Under the pieces are notes generated by a model that was given only the letters and a program-made list of their open reading frames with translations, did not search any database and was not told where the DNA came from. Shown in pieces: positions 1 through 9,880 of a stretch of DNA of 55,434 nucleotides; within the stretch, counting starts at the first letter, position 1; each line of letters opens with the position of its first letter. The translations under genes and the position numbers were made by a program. This DNA comes from an uncultured archaeon (GTDB lineage: Archaea > Asgardarchaeota > Lokiarchaeia > Sigyniarchaeales > SOKP01): the NCBI GenBank assembly GCA_964632315.1, contig CAZWEM010000030.1, positions 1 to 55,434 on the forward strand, given 5' to 3'.

Positions 1-1
1 G

Positions 2-451
2 TTAAGTTTAGAATTAATGGGATCATCTAAAGCAGCATACTTGACGACAATCGACCTTGAAGGTTATCCTATAACGAGAGCCATGTTTAATTTAAGAAAT
101 AAAGAACAATTCCCAGAATTTATGGGATTTTTCGAGAGATTAGAAAACAAATTTGAGATTTTTATTTCTACTAATACTTCATCTTCAAAAATAGAGCACA
201 TAAAGAAGAATGCCAAAATTTCGGTATATTATTGTGAGCCTGAAGATTTTAAGGGAGTCATGTTTAATGGTGACGTGGAAATTATTGATGATTTGGAGAT
301 AAAAAAGCAGATCTGGCTAGACTGGTGGACTAAATATTATCACGAGGGATTGGAGGACCCAGATTACACTTTGCTCCGTTTGGAGCCAAAAGTGGCAAAC
401 TTTTATTATAAGCTCCAGAAAGCCATATTTAACCCTGGTGAAGAAAAATAG
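2..451 (+). CDS. Pyridoxamine 5'-phosphate oxidase-like / general stress protein 26 family (probably 5'-partial)
   Basis: YLTTID.EGYPITRAM, ISTNTSSSKIEHIKKN.KIS and DPDYTLL motifs. The frame is open upstream of ATG17 to the window edge (LSLEL-M). Confidence 0.8.
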   Translation, partial: LSLELMGSSKAAYLTTIDLEGYPITRAMFNLRNKEQFPEFMGFFERLENKFEIFISTNTSSSKIEHIKKNAKISVYYCEPEDFKGVMFNGDVEIIDDLEIKKQIWLDWWTKYYHEGLEDPDYTLLRLEPKVANFYYKLQKAIFNPGEEK

Positions 452-885
452 AAAATTTAAGAGAAGGAGGTTTCCTTATCTCAAAAATTCATCAACTTTC
501 ACAAAGGATTTTTTCAAATTTGATGAGAGAAAGTAATCTTGATGAATTCACTCCTTCACAAGGTCGCATAATCTTTCTTTTATTGCAGAAAGATGACATA
601 CCAATGCATGATCTCGTTGATAAAGCAGATTTAAGTAAGTCAACTCTCAGTTCCCATTTAGACAACTTGGAAGGTAAGGGATTTGTGGAAAAAATCCCCT
701 CAAACGAAGATAGAAGGGAAATCTTCATTAAATTAACAGAAAAAGCTAGTAGGTTAAGAAAAGATTATCTAAAAATTTCACGAGAGATGATAGAGTTGTT
801 CTACGAAGGTTTTAATGTTGAGGATATTGATAAATTTGAAAATTATTTGCATTTATGCCTTCAAAATCTCAAATCACATCAATAA
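448..885 (+). CDS. MarR family transcriptional regulator (probable ATA start at 448; ORF track starts at 520)
   Basis: wHTH motifs LSKSTLSSHLDNLEGKGFV and EDRREIFIKLT. The in-frame upstream segment ENLREGGFLISKIHQLSQRIF is a MarR-type first helix. GGTGA at 437-441. Confidence 0.85.
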   Translation: MENLREGGFLISKIHQLSQRIFSNLMRESNLDEFTPSQGRIIFLLLQKDDIPMHDLVDKADLSKSTLSSHLDNLEGKGFVEKIPSNEDRREIFIKLTEKASRLRKDYLKISREMIELFYEGFNVEDIDKFENYLHLCLQNLKSHQ

Positions 886-1019
886 GCGTGTTAAATTTAA
901 AAAAGTAAGATTTTTAGAATTTCTTTTTTAATTAAAATCTAATTTTGATCTAACAAGTTTTTTTAATTTATTTCGGATCTTCTTAAAGTAAGAAATAACT
1001 CAATTAACATGAGAATAAA

Positions 1020-1985
1020 ATGGATTTTTTAATTAGAGAATTCGATAAGTCGAAAGATTCTGATAATTTTCTCAGATTAAGTTTTGAAACACTAGTATCA
1101 ATTAAAGGAACTCCTCCAAGAACATCTCATCAGGAATTCTTTGAATGGGCTAAAGTTTGGGTACAGGATTATATCGAGGAACTTGAATTGAATAAAATTT
1201 TCGTTGCAGAAGATAATCTTGGAAATTATATCGGGCATATTTGGCTCTCTCTACAAGATGAAATGAAACCGTGGGAAGTTGAGAAATATTTTTGGATTCA
1301 AAATATAACCGTTGAAAAAGAATTTAGAAGACAGGGAATTGGCACAGCTCTAATGAGTCATGCGGAAAATTACATTAAAACTTTAAAGGGTAATAACTTG
1401 GGATTGCATGTAAATTCGGAGAGCCAAGATGCATTAAGATTATATAAAACACTTGGTTACAGTGTGTATATGATGCAATTTTTCAAAAAACTAAGACCTT
1501 CACATGAAGTAAATGTTTCTAATGCAGAATACAAAATTGAGGAAATGATATTTGATCAAGGATTAATATCCCTTAAAGATCTCATTTTCAAATCATTTGA
1601 ACTAAAGTTAAGGAATGCGACCCCCGAAGATGTTATTCGAAAAAAATTCAGTGTTTATCTCGACACACTTATTAAAAATCAAGATAAAAATCACATTTTT
1701 AGCATTTGTAATAAAATAGGTGACGCTTTTGGTTTTCTGATACTAGAAATGTCAGAATTGAAATATGAAAAAAGCGTGTGGATCAAAGATATAGGTTTCC
1801 TTGATGACTTAGAAATAAGGCAAATTTTTTCAGATGCGTATGCTTTTATTAAAAATTGGGCTCAAAATCATGAAATAGCACTGGTTGAAATTGTACTTCC
1901 AAAAAATCAAAAAAGTCTTATCGATTCATATAATGAATATGGATTTGAAATTTTTGGTTACTTCATGCAGAAAAAATTAATTTAA
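1020..1985 (+). CDS. GNAT family N-acetyltransferase, tandem GNAT domains
   Basis: Acetyl-CoA motif VEKEFRRQGIGTALM and ALRLYKTLGY; a degenerate second GNAT domain ends YNEYGFE. Confidence 0.8.
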   Translation: MDFLIREFDKSKDSDNFLRLSFETLVSIKGTPPRTSHQEFFEWAKVWVQDYIEELELNKIFVAEDNLGNYIGHIWLSLQDEMKPWEVEKYFWIQNITVEKEFRRQGIGTALMSHAENYIKTLKGNNLGLHVNSESQDALRLYKTLGYSVYMMQFFKKLRPSHEVNVSNAEYKIEEMIFDQGLISLKDLIFKSFELKLRNATPEDVIRKKFSVYLDTLIKNQDKNHIFSICNKIGDAFGFLILEMSELKYEKSVWIKDIGFLDDLEIRQIFSDAYAFIKNWAQNHEIALVEIVLPKNQKSLIDSYNEYGFEIFGYFMQKKLI

Positions 1986-2010
1986 ACAAGGGAAAAAAAT
2001 TTTTTAAAAT

Positions 2011-3294
2011 TTAATCCCATTTTGGCTTTTTAACTGAATTATCATCGTCTTCGGTGTGTATTCTCTTTAGGTCAATATCAGAATACCCTGGAATGATGTT
2101 CAACAACCTACGCATAGCATTTTCGACATCTTTCGAAGAGGTTATAAATCTTCCTATTATTAGGATATCTGCTTGCATATCTAAGGCGTATTTTGCAGTT
2201 TCTGGCTCTATTCCTCCTGCAACCGCAACTAATACTCGATCTCTTCCTGAAGCAAATTTTTGATCTTTATAAAGCTCCTTAATTTTTGGTATTGCTGCCC
2301 ATCTCGCTTTTTGCGCAGCATCTGAAGATTGACTACCTGCACCTTGTTCAACATCAATAGCACGATGTAAAATAACGACATCAGGTACTTCTTTCAGCTT
2401 GCTTAATTTTGCAATAGGATCCTCAACTTCCATGGTATCTACAAATCCATACATGCCTACACGGTGGGCTTCTAAAAGAAATTTATCAATTGAAGAGGGT
2501 GATGCTAAGCCACTTGCAACTGCTGCGTCAGCAGTAGCATCAAAAGCAAAATCAACCTCTAATTTCCCCACATCCAAAGTTTTTAAATCTGCAACAATGA
2601 ATTTCTGAGGAGCTATCTCCCTAATTTTTTTAATTGCATCCATTCCATAACGCTTTAAAAAAGGAGTTCCAATCTCTAGTATGATCCTATCACTCTTGGG
2701 AAGTTGTTTCACTACTTTTAAGTGATGATCAATACTAGGATGATCCATCGCTACTTGAATATAAGGAGGTCTCCATAATCTTGGAACTCTAATTCCTGCT
2801 ACGGGATGTTTAGCTCGATCCTTATCATAGAAAATTTTCTCGATCGAAGGATAACTCTTCAAAGCCCTTTGAATAGCTAATTTTGTGGCTCCATAATTAT
2901 ACTGGTAAATTTTTCTATAATCTTTTGCATCAGGATGAATGAATACACTTACAATAATAACCCATTCATCAAGTTTAGACATTGGAATGAGGTTTTCTTC
3001 CACTGCATCGGCGATTGCCTTTGCGACAGCAGCTTGGGCAGGTCCAAAAATCTTGTTCGCATCTTCCATTTTAGAAACAGTAACTTTAGGGACAATGAGA
3101 CTAACTGGTTTTGATAATAAATTCGGACGGATGCAAGCTAATAATGCACCATGTCCCATTGAGGGACTACCAAGAGCATTCGCAAATGATACCCCGACGG
3201 GACCGTCTTTAGATCCAATGATTAAGTCTACATGGGCTAGATTTTCTTCAGCACCAAGAAGAGCTTCGCCAATGAAATATTCTGGTTTAGCCAA
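2011..3294 (-). CDS. fae-hps: Bifunctional formaldehyde-activating enzyme / 3-hexulose-6-phosphate synthase
   Basis: N-terminal Fae domain (GEAL.G...AHVDLIIG.K.GPVG, FGPAQAAVAKA, YNYGATK); C-terminal HPS barrel (ADLKTLDVG, VAVAGGI). Confidence 0.92.
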   Translation of the reverse strand: MAKPEYFIGEALLGAEENLAHVDLIIGSKDGPVGVSFANALGSPSMGHGALLACIRPNLLSKPVSLIVPKVTVSKMEDANKIFGPAQAAVAKAIADAVEENLIPMSKLDEWVIIVSVFIHPDAKDYRKIYQYNYGATKLAIQRALKSYPSIEKIFYDKDRAKHPVAGIRVPRLWRPPYIQVAMDHPSIDHHLKVVKQLPKSDRIILEIGTPFLKRYGMDAIKKIREIAPQKFIVADLKTLDVGKLEVDFAFDATADAAVASGLASPSSIDKFLLEAHRVGMYGFVDTMEVEDPIAKLSKLKEVPDVVILHRAIDVEQGAGSQSSDAAQKARWAAIPKIKELYKDQKFASGRDRVLVAVAGGIEPETAKYALDMQADILIIGRFITSSKDVENAMRRLLNIIPGYSDIDLKRIHTEDDDNSVKKPKWD

Positions 3295-3477
3295 TAGTCT
3301 TTCTTCTCTTGCTTTATGATATATTATCTAATAAATATATTAATTACAGTAATTCTTTTTTATTTAAAATTTCATATGTTTTGGATAATATAATAAATAA
3401 ATTAATTACACTAAATTAGAGTTAATTCTCTATTATTAAAATTTCCTAGTCATCTTGCCATCTTTTCCAAAAAATTT

Positions 3478-4827
3478 TCAGATTTGAGATACATTTGGTT
3501 GGGTGTTAATCTCCATCTCAATTCGTTTTACCAACTGGAACAAATGATCTAACTGAGGTTTTGTAAGGTTATCTGTAGCAAATATTACGTGCTCGCAATC
3601 ATATTTGGAAAAATCATTTTCTTTAATTTTTATTCCAAATTCATTACTTTTTTTCCATAAGCGTGATCCTGGATATGGAGTTGCAGCAAAAAAGTTTATT
3701 TGATCATCAGATTCAAATGGAATACTCTTTATATATTCAATAGTTTCACTTACCGATTCTTCAGACTCACCCGGTAAGCCTAAAACAAAGTATGCTTGAA
3801 TTGGAATATGTTCTTCTTTAAGATGGATTATGCCCTGCTGAACTCGTTTAGGATCTTGAAATTTGAAATTTCTCCTTAAGACTTCCACATTTGCAGATTC
3901 TATACCGGTTGCGACAAGCTTACAGCCCGATTTTTTTAATAATTTCGCTTCATCTGATGTGATGGAATCAACTCTCAGTTCACAGCCCCAAGGAATATTA
4001 ATTTTATTGTTTATGAACATTTCACAGAATTCCTTGAAAAATCTGGAGTTAATGTTGATGTTGTCATAGAAATTAATATACTCATAATTCTGTAATGAGA
4101 GTATATCTTCGATTTCAGATAAGATAGATTTTATTGATCTTATTCGTGGTTTCCTAAACAGATTCTGTCTAGAGCAAAAAGAACATTGATTTGGACAACC
4201 TCTGTTAATAATAACATTTGCAACACGGTAAAAATAATTTTCTTGCTCAAGCTTATATCTTGCGGGGAGTGGTAAGTCGTCAATATTTGTTGGATCAGGA
4301 TAGCCCGTGAATTTAACATCATTATCTTTTACTCTATAAGCTATTCCTTTGATTTGATTAATCTGAGATTCGAAATTTACATTAGAAATTTCATTATTTA
4401 ATTCCTTTTTTAATAAACTAATTAATAGTGGGAAGGAGTTTTCTGATTCTCCAACGCATATGTAATCAATTGAATAGTTTTTTCTTAGAATTTCTTCGCA
4501 TAAAAAAGATACATGAGGGCCTCCTAATATGATTTTGGAATGGGGTTTAAGCGATTTAATAATTTGAATGATTTCTTCTGTTAAAGCATAATTATTTGTT
4601 AATGAAGTTAATCCAAATATGCTATATGGTTCGATTTTTGTTTTGATCAAGGATTCTAAGTCAAAATTTTCTAAATATGCAAATTGTTCCAAATCCAAAA
4701 TATCAACATAAAAACTAAATTGGTCAAGAATTGCTGCGAGATACAATAATCCTAAATTAGGTTCTCTAAAGTATTGAGTTTGTACTTCTTTTGACTTAGT
4801 TGTTTTAGGATTAATTAATAGGATCAT
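3478..4827 (-). CDS. B12-binding domain radical SAM protein (class B methyltransferase-like)
   Basis: PNLGLLYLAA and ILGGPHVS cobalamin domain; RGCPNQCSFC CxxxCxxC motif; GIES, LGLPGE, TPYPGS. Confidence 0.9.
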   Translation of the reverse strand: MILLINPKTTKSKEVQTQYFREPNLGLLYLAAILDQFSFYVDILDLEQFAYLENFDLESLIKTKIEPYSIFGLTSLTNNYALTEEIIQIIKSLKPHSKIILGGPHVSFLCEEILRKNYSIDYICVGESENSFPLLISLLKKELNNEISNVNFESQINQIKGIAYRVKDNDVKFTGYPDPTNIDDLPLPARYKLEQENYFYRVANVIINRGCPNQCSFCSRQNLFRKPRIRSIKSILSEIEDILSLQNYEYINFYDNININSRFFKEFCEMFINNKINIPWGCELRVDSITSDEAKLLKKSGCKLVATGIESANVEVLRRNFKFQDPKRVQQGIIHLKEEHIPIQAYFVLGLPGESEESVSETIEYIKSIPFESDDQINFFAATPYPGSRLWKKSNEFGIKIKENDFSKYDCEHVIFATDNLTKPQLDHLFQLVKRIEMEINTQPNVSQI

Positions 4828-4831
4828 TATA

Positions 4832-5671
4832 TCATTGATCTAAATCTTTTATTTCATGAATAATAACTTCTTCATCGACATTCGTCTCAGGTATTTTGAA
4901 TGCTTTAACTAAGGAATTCATATCTCCTGTTCTACTATATTTTACTTCCTTAATAACGGAAGTTTTTAATTTTACTAAAGGGATTTCCTCATGCTTTGGA
5001 ACAAATAATTCCAAACCTTGAATTTCATTATGTTTTACGATAAATCTTACTGAATAATTGCGATCGTTGAAAAAATTAAACCCGTTGTTTAATTGACCTA
5101 ATTTTACTTCTTTCTTAGCAGTCTTTCTCTCAGTTAAAATAGATTCAACTATTTCTTCTTCTGTATAAATTGTATTACGAATTAATAGAAAAATCCTGTC
5201 ATAATCTGAAGGGATTGGGTATTGATTTATTTCTTCTAATGCTTGATTCATTTTCGGGGTTTTTATACTGATTTGATTTTCATTTATAAATTCAGGTTGA
5301 GAAGGAAAATCATCTTTTTCAATCGTGGTTGCTCTACCTTCACCTATTGGTTTATTTAAGATTTCAACAAACTCATTGTCTTCTGGAGTATATCGATTCA
5401 AGGAGTGTATGCGATAAAAACCTCTTAATTGCTTTCTTAACATTCCTGCTAAAATTCCGCCAAAAATTTGTAACTTTAAGGAACTTTTTGGACCACTATA
5501 AGTCCAAATTCGTTTTGTATCGTGGTCAACCAATAAAAAGACTTTATGAGAATTAGTGTAATTTACGATATCTTTGACTAATTCGCCATCTGAGGCCTCT
5601 ATAGTTAAGAAGTATGGATACTCTCTAATTTCGATGGCTTCAAATACTTGTACGGAATATGATATACTCAT
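4832..5671 (-). CDS. Putative Asgard gelsolin-like domain protein with C-terminal extra domain
   Basis: VFLLVDHDTKRIWTYSGPKSS resembles the gelsolin-repeat core (ILD...IYVWxG..S), followed by a separate C-terminal domain. Confidence 0.5.
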   Translation of the reverse strand: MSISYSVQVFEAIEIREYPYFLTIEASDGELVKDIVNYTNSHKVFLLVDHDTKRIWTYSGPKSSLKLQIFGGILAGMLRKQLRGFYRIHSLNRYTPEDNEFVEILNKPIGEGRATTIEKDDFPSQPEFINENQISIKTPKMNQALEEINQYPIPSDYDRIFLLIRNTIYTEEEIVESILTERKTAKKEVKLGQLNNGFNFFNDRNYSVRFIVKHNEIQGLELFVPKHEEIPLVKLKTSVIKEVKYSRTGDMNSLVKAFKIPETNVDEEVIIHEIKDLDQ

Positions 5672-5874
5672 AATATTGTCATGATTTGGTTGATTCCAAA
5701 CTTTATTCTATAATTTTAATTATAACTAATATGTTACTATACAAGTTAAAATATCTTTTTTTTCTTTGGATTCACAAAATCAAAAGAATAGGAAAAGGAA
5801 CCTCGATTTCAATAAAATTTTTATATTTTGGGACATTTTTCTTGTTAATTTTCCTTAATTTAATTTGATTTGTC

Positions 5875-6279
5875 ATGAGTTCAGAGAAGAGAATCTATAA
5901 ATTGAACATTTCTGGCGGTAGCGAAGGTCCTGGGAAGGGATTGTCCAAGCTAATTGAAATTGATGAGAAGCGCTTTAGATTCGAAAATATGAAGATAGGA
6001 GAGACCATAAAGGGTGGTTTAATTGGGTTCCCGAATTATGAGTTTCAAATAACAGGGGGATCCGATGCGAGTGGTTTTCCCATGAGAAGGGATGTTCATG
6101 GACCCGTTAAAAAGAAGATTTTAGTCTCTAAACGTGGAATTGGTTATAACCCGCTCAGAAAAGGTCAAAAAAAGAGAAAAACAGTCCGAGGAAACGAAGT
6201 TACATCTGATATGACTTTAATAAATTTAAAGATAATAAAATATGGAGAATCTGAACTCTTTAAGTCTGAAGGAGAATAA
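5875..6279 (+). CDS. rps6e: 30S ribosomal protein S6e
   Basis: FQITGGSDASGFPMRRDVHG and RKGQKKRKTVRGN. Confidence 0.97.
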   Translation: MSSEKRIYKLNISGGSEGPGKGLSKLIEIDEKRFRFENMKIGETIKGGLIGFPNYEFQITGGSDASGFPMRRDVHGPVKKKILVSKRGIGYNPLRKGQKKRKTVRGNEVTSDMTLINLKIIKYGESELFKSEGE

Positions 6280-6301
6280 TGAAATATAAGGTGAGCAGAT
6301 C

Positions 6302-6484
6302 ATCGTAAAAGTTAAGAAATGCAGTTTTTGTCTTCATGATATTGATATCGGGAGAGGACACATGTACATTAAGAGAGATGGAACGATTCTCAATTTCTGT
6401 AGCCAGAAATGTAGAAAAGCTATGCTAAATTATAAGAAAAATCCAAGAAAGACTCGATGGACTGCTGCTTATGGAAAACAATAA
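6302..6484 (+). CDS. rpl24e: 50S ribosomal protein L24e (missed by ORF track; ATC start)
   Basis: Manual translation (M)VKVKKCSFCLHDIDIGRGHMYIKRDGTILNFCSQKCRKAMLNYKKNPRKTRWTAAYGKQ has the L24e CxxC...FCSxKC...PRK..WT signature; SD AGGTGA at 6289-6294. Confidence 0.95.
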   Translation: MVKVKKCSFCLHDIDIGRGHMYIKRDGTILNFCSQKCRKAMLNYKKNPRKTRWTAAYGKQ

Positions 6485-6576
6485 GTTTTTTTCTAAAAAC
6501 TAATTTCTATAGAAATTAGAAAGATATTGATTTCTTTTGAATATAAAATCAATTAGATATCTAGATTATTTGCTTT

Positions 6577-6777
6577 TTATTGAAGTCTCGGGAATTTCAA
6601 GAGATCATCTATCAAATCCACATGAGAAACAATCATTCTACGACAACAGAAGCGCTCGATTCCAAGTTGCTTAAAAGCATCATCCGAACTCTCTCCTTTC
6701 TCAAGGAGTTCTAAATACGGTTTATAGACATGGGCAATCAGTTTACCACAACTAAAACATCGAATGGGAATAATCAT
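6577..6777 (-). CDS. rpoN: DNA-directed RNA polymerase subunit N (Rpo10)
   Basis: MIIPIRCFSCGK...RFCCRRMIVSHVD. Confidence 0.97.
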   Translation of the reverse strand: MIIPIRCFSCGKLIAHVYKPYLELLEKGESSDDAFKQLGIERFCCRRMIVSHVDLIDDLLKFPRLQ

Positions 6778-6984
6778 AATGAGTACACGTAAAATTTAAT
6801 TATTATTTTTAAAAATGTATCCTCAAACAAAAAGTTTACTAATCCTTCTCCTCGATAATGCTTCCATTTAATAGAATTTCCTTTTTAAACCAAAAATTTT
6901 ATTTTAAATCGCATACTTCCTATTCTAATAATAATCGATGAGTAATGATAATATATAATCAATATATATTGGAAGGAGAAAAAA

Positions 6985-7353
6985 ATGAGTTATGTAAAAA
7001 TTAAGGTTCCTGATGATTTAAAAAACGATATTAAGACTGCTTTGAACAAAATTGCTGAATCTCGAGACTCAAAAATAAGGAAAGGAATGAATGAGGTTAC
7101 TAAGTCAATAGAGAGAAGTTTAGCTAAATTGGTAGTCATGGCCGAAGATGTGAATCCCCCTGAAATATTATTTCATGTTCCTTTATTGTGTAAAGAAAAA
7201 GGAGTCCCATATGGATATGTTTCTACAAAGAAAGAATTAGGAAACGCAGTTCGAATAAATGTTTCCTCCTCGGCTATCGCGGTTGAGAATGTCGGAACTG
7301 GAAATGATAACATTTTAAGTGATATTTTAAAGAAACTTGATGCTTTAAAATAA
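6985..7353 (+). CDS. rpl7ae: 50S ribosomal protein L7Ae
   Basis: [35 protein letters not shown]; SD GGAG upstream. Confidence 0.96.
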   Translation: MSYVKIKVPDDLKNDIKTALNKIAESRDSKIRKGMNEVTKSIERSLAKLVVMAEDVNPPEILFHVPLLCKEKGVPYGYVSTKKELGNAVRINVSSSAIAVENVGTGNDNILSDILKKLDALK

Positions 7354-7366
7354 AGGTGAGTGTTTT

Positions 7367-7612
7367 TTGGCTAAAAAAGATGACAAGTCTAAAAGATCAC
7401 CAGATGATTTTTCCATTCCAGCAGAAGTGATACAAATTGTTGGAAGAACAGGTTTAACTGGTGAAATCTCACAGATTAAAGTGCGAATTTTAGAAGGACC
7501 AGATAAAAATAGGATCCTCACTCGAAATGTAAAGGGTCCAATTAGGGTAAGTGATATAGTCCTTCTTAGAGAAGTTGAAAGGGAAGCGCGAAAAATAAGG
7601 AGAAGAAGATAA
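7367..7612 (+). CDS. rps28e: 30S ribosomal protein S28e
   Basis: [24 protein letters not shown]...[21 protein letters not shown]; TTG start after GGTGA. Confidence 0.96.
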   Translation: MAKKDDKSKRSPDDFSIPAEVIQIVGRTGLTGEISQIKVRILEGPDKNRILTRNVKGPIRVSDIVLLREVEREARKIRRRR

Positions 7613-7623
7613 CGAAATTAAAA

Positions 7624-7863
7624 TTATGGTTCTATCTTTAAATTTTCTCCATTAAAACCAAGCAATCGTAAATTTACTGATTCTTTTTGTAAATATTCTC
7701 TTAAAGCAATTCGAATGGCTTCAGATCGATTTGACAAAAGTTTCATTTCTATTAATTTTTGAATGTTAGTATCGTAAATATCTGGGATATTTATCGTTAT
7801 ATTTACCATTTTTTTTTTCTTTTTTTCATCGTTGGGCAATGCTTCTAACTCCAATTTTATCAA
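7624..7863 (-). CDS. Ribbon-helix-helix (CopG/Arc/MetJ) DNA-binding protein
   Basis: NITINIP...NRSEAIRIALREYL. Confidence 0.8.
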   Translation of the reverse strand: MIKLELEALPNDEKKKKKMVNITINIPDIYDTNIQKLIEMKLLSNRSEAIRIALREYLQKESVNLRLLGFNGENLKIEP

Positions 7864-8104
7864 AGATTAAAATATTAGAAGATAATATAAAATAAATGTT
7901 AAATGAGATGCGGAAATATTCTTATCGCAAAACATTCTACAGTTTTTTGATATTAAATTATAAGCATACCTTCTATATAAAACTATGTCTCCAACTGCCC
8001 AGTATTTAAAATTTACTATATCAAATGTAAATTATTTTGTCAAATTAATTAAGATATTAAACAGTTTTTTATCAAATAATATAGGATAGATGAAAAAGTT
8101 TTAT

Positions 8105-8785
8105 TTATTTTCTATCTACTTGTTTGATGTATCTTCCTCGACTCTCTATAACTTTTATGTTTTGAATTATTGGATTATATTGATTTGAACTATTCTTGAG
8201 ATATTCTGACCTATATCCATTTAAGAAAGAGTTAAAACATTCATCAAAATATTTCCCATGAGAAGAAATTAATACTCGCTTGAATAAGTGAAGATCCATA
8301 CTTTTGTCTTCAATAGTATCAGAATATTCGTGCAAACCAAAATCGATGAGAAATATATCCTCGTTGGAGGTAACTATAATGTTGCTAGTTGTGATATCTC
8401 CATGGACATGACCATTTTGGTGCAATCTTGATATGAAAACTCCAATTTGAAAAAAGTGACGTGTTCTCATTACTTGATCCAAATCTGAAATTACATCTTT
8501 TAACTTTTCTCCATTAACATATTTCATTATAATCGTTGATGAATCCACATCAATCTCAAAAACCTGGGGAACATTAATACCGTAGGTTTTTACCTTTATC
8601 AATGCACGTGCCTCGTTTAAAGTTCGTGAAAGTCTTAATTGGCTATCAATTTGTTCAATTCGATATGTCTTAGGAATTCTTTGTTTGAAGATTGCTTCTT
8701 TTCCAAACCAATGTCCAAAAAATAGAGATGCTTCTGCCCCCTTATGCAAAAGTCGCTCTATTTTAATGGTAGATTTACTCATCAA
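8105..8785 (-). CDS. bud32: KEOPS complex kinase Bud32
   Basis: KGAEA, KQRIPKTYR, HGDITTSNII, LIDFGL, DKSMDLHLF, C-terminal SRGRY; adjacent to kae1. Confidence 0.95.
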   Translation of the reverse strand: MMSKSTIKIERLLHKGAEASLFFGHWFGKEAIFKQRIPKTYRIEQIDSQLRLSRTLNEARALIKVKTYGINVPQVFEIDVDSSTIIMKYVNGEKLKDVISDLDQVMRTRHFFQIGVFISRLHQNGHVHGDITTSNIIVTSNEDIFLIDFGLHEYSDTIEDKSMDLHLFKRVLISSHGKYFDECFNSFLNGYRSEYLKNSSNQYNPIIQNIKVIESRGRYIKQVDRK

Positions 8786-8786
8786 T

Positions 8787-9800
8787 TTAGTCCCTCCATG
8801 GAATGGTTATATTATCCATGCGCTGTTTTGGATTAATCTTGGTTTCTGAGATTTTATGGGCCCCCTCTGAAAGGAAACGTAAGATCCCGGTCCATGCAAT
8901 CATAGCGCCATTATCACCAGCATATCTTAATGGTACAACTTCAAATCTTGAGTTGTGATCCTCACTGATTTTTTTTATCATTTCTTGCAATCGTTTATTT
9001 GCTGCTACTCCTCCGGTTAATAGTACTTCTTCCTTCCTTGTATGAGCTAGTGCTCTTTCGGTTACTTCCGTAAGCATTGAAAAAGAGGTTTCCTGTAAAG
9101 AATATGCGATATCCTCTAGGAAGTATTCTTTATTCAATTTATTTGATTGTAATAAACGTTTTGCGGAAGAATATAAGCCAGAGAATGAGAGATCCATCCC
9201 CTTGACTATATAAGGCAATTCGAGATAATTAGAAGATTTAAGTGCTAACCTTTCAATCTTAGGACCACCAGGATGAGGGAGTCCCGCATCTCTTGCAAAT
9301 GAATCAATCATATTTCCAATAGGAATATCAAGAGTTTCCCCGAAAATCTGATATCTTTCGGACTCGTAGGCACTCACAATCGTGTTTCCTCCCGAAACGT
9401 ATAAAGTTAAGGGATCATCAATTTTACATTGAAATCTTCCAATTTCTATGTGCGCAATGCAATGATTAACCCCAACAAGGGGGATTGATAATAATTGACT
9501 CAACATTCGAGCAACTTGTGCTCCAATTTTAAGGATAGGTCCTAAACCAGGACTTTGACTAAAAGCGACTAAATCTATATCTTTTATCGAGCAGTCTGCT
9601 TCATTAAGACACTGTTTAATAATTTTTTTAAAGTTAGAAGTGTGTTGCTCCCTCACTAAGGCAGGATGAATTCCTCCCTTATCAGGATTGTAGGAATCAC
9701 TTACCAAGCCAATTACATTCCCTAGAAAATCAACAATCCCAACACTCCACGTATGGGCTGTAGATTCAATCCCTAGACATAAATTTCCGTTTTTTTTCAT
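8787..9800 (-). CDS. kae1: tRNA N6-adenosine threonylcarbamoyltransferase Kae1
   Basis: LGIESTAHT, VNHCIAHIEIG, LYVSGGNT, GETLDI, DNGAMIAW. Confidence 0.97.
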   Translation of the reverse strand: MKKNGNLCLGIESTAHTWSVGIVDFLGNVIGLVSDSYNPDKGGIHPALVREQHTSNFKKIIKQCLNEADCSIKDIDLVAFSQSPGLGPILKIGAQVARMLSQLLSIPLVGVNHCIAHIEIGRFQCKIDDPLTLYVSGGNTIVSAYESERYQIFGETLDIPIGNMIDSFARDAGLPHPGGPKIERLALKSSNYLELPYIVKGMDLSFSGLYSSAKRLLQSNKLNKEYFLEDIAYSLQETSFSMLTEVTERALAHTRKEEVLLTGGVAANKRLQEMIKKISEDHNSRFEVVPLRYAGDNGAMIAWTGILRFLSEGAHKISETKINPKQRMDNITIPWRD

Positions 9801-9880
9801 AAAATCAAGTTAGGAATTATGAGTTATTGGAAATTATAATGAGAAGTGGTGTGAAATATAAAAGTTTTATAATCAAATAA

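Noticed and set aside
5686-5868. 60-aa ORF upstream of rps6e
   Set aside because: Spans the divergent promoter region; composition reflects AT-rich non-coding DNA
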